From Mytilus californianus (Eukaryota), in the NCBI RefSeq assembly GCF_021869535.1, contig NW_026262679.1:117924001-117988000 (forward strand): a stretch of DNA of 64,000 nucleotides, written 5' to 3'. Positions 63,935 to 64,000 of the stretch are shown piece after piece (position 1 is the first letter of the stretch; the number at the start of each line of letters is the position of its first letter). The notes beneath the pieces are model-generated. The model was not told the origin of the DNA, ran no database searches, and was given only the letters and a program-made list of their open reading frames with translations. The translations under genes were made by a program, and so were the position numbers.

Positions 63935-64000
63935 AGCCCTCACCAACTGAATTTTACAGTTTGTTCTTATGCCGTGCTTTCACGCCACTGTCCAAAGGTA
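63935..64000 (+). repeat. Start of another PLE 3'-region copy (runs off the window)
   Basis: AAGCC...CAACTGA.TTTT.CAGTTTGTTCTTATG...CCACTGTCC matches 56806-56870. Confidence 0.65.

Overview
AT-rich eukaryotic DNA, most likely a mytilid bivalve (inferred from the repeat families; no database search was possible). I found no intact protein-coding gene, rRNA, functional tRNA or CRISPR array. The window is a mosaic of (i) about 15 tandem-repeat arrays with 27-134 bp units; (ii) decayed retroelements: two CR1-group LINEs, Penelope-like (PLE) reverse transcriptase (RT) fragments with many dispersed 3'-end copies, two decayed hammerhead-ribozyme copies and two tRNA-derived SINEs; (iii) DNA transposons: an internally deleted Academ-type element, Kolobok-, Harbinger- and Zator-type MITEs, and Helentron-associated (HINE-like) elements, often nested; and (iv) an intronless BACK-PHR (BTBD-like) pseudogene at 51256-52095 (-). 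The most striking unexplained structure is a set of six complete non-coding elements (plus two partial ones), from several sequence families, sharing one architecture. Each has a ~140-160 bp near-perfect palindrome, usually centred on a GAA/TTC triloop mini-hairpin, joined directly to a 200-700 bp body bounded by its own 8-15 bp inverted repeat. They show no clear target-site duplication (TSD). Coordinates of degenerate repeats are approximate.
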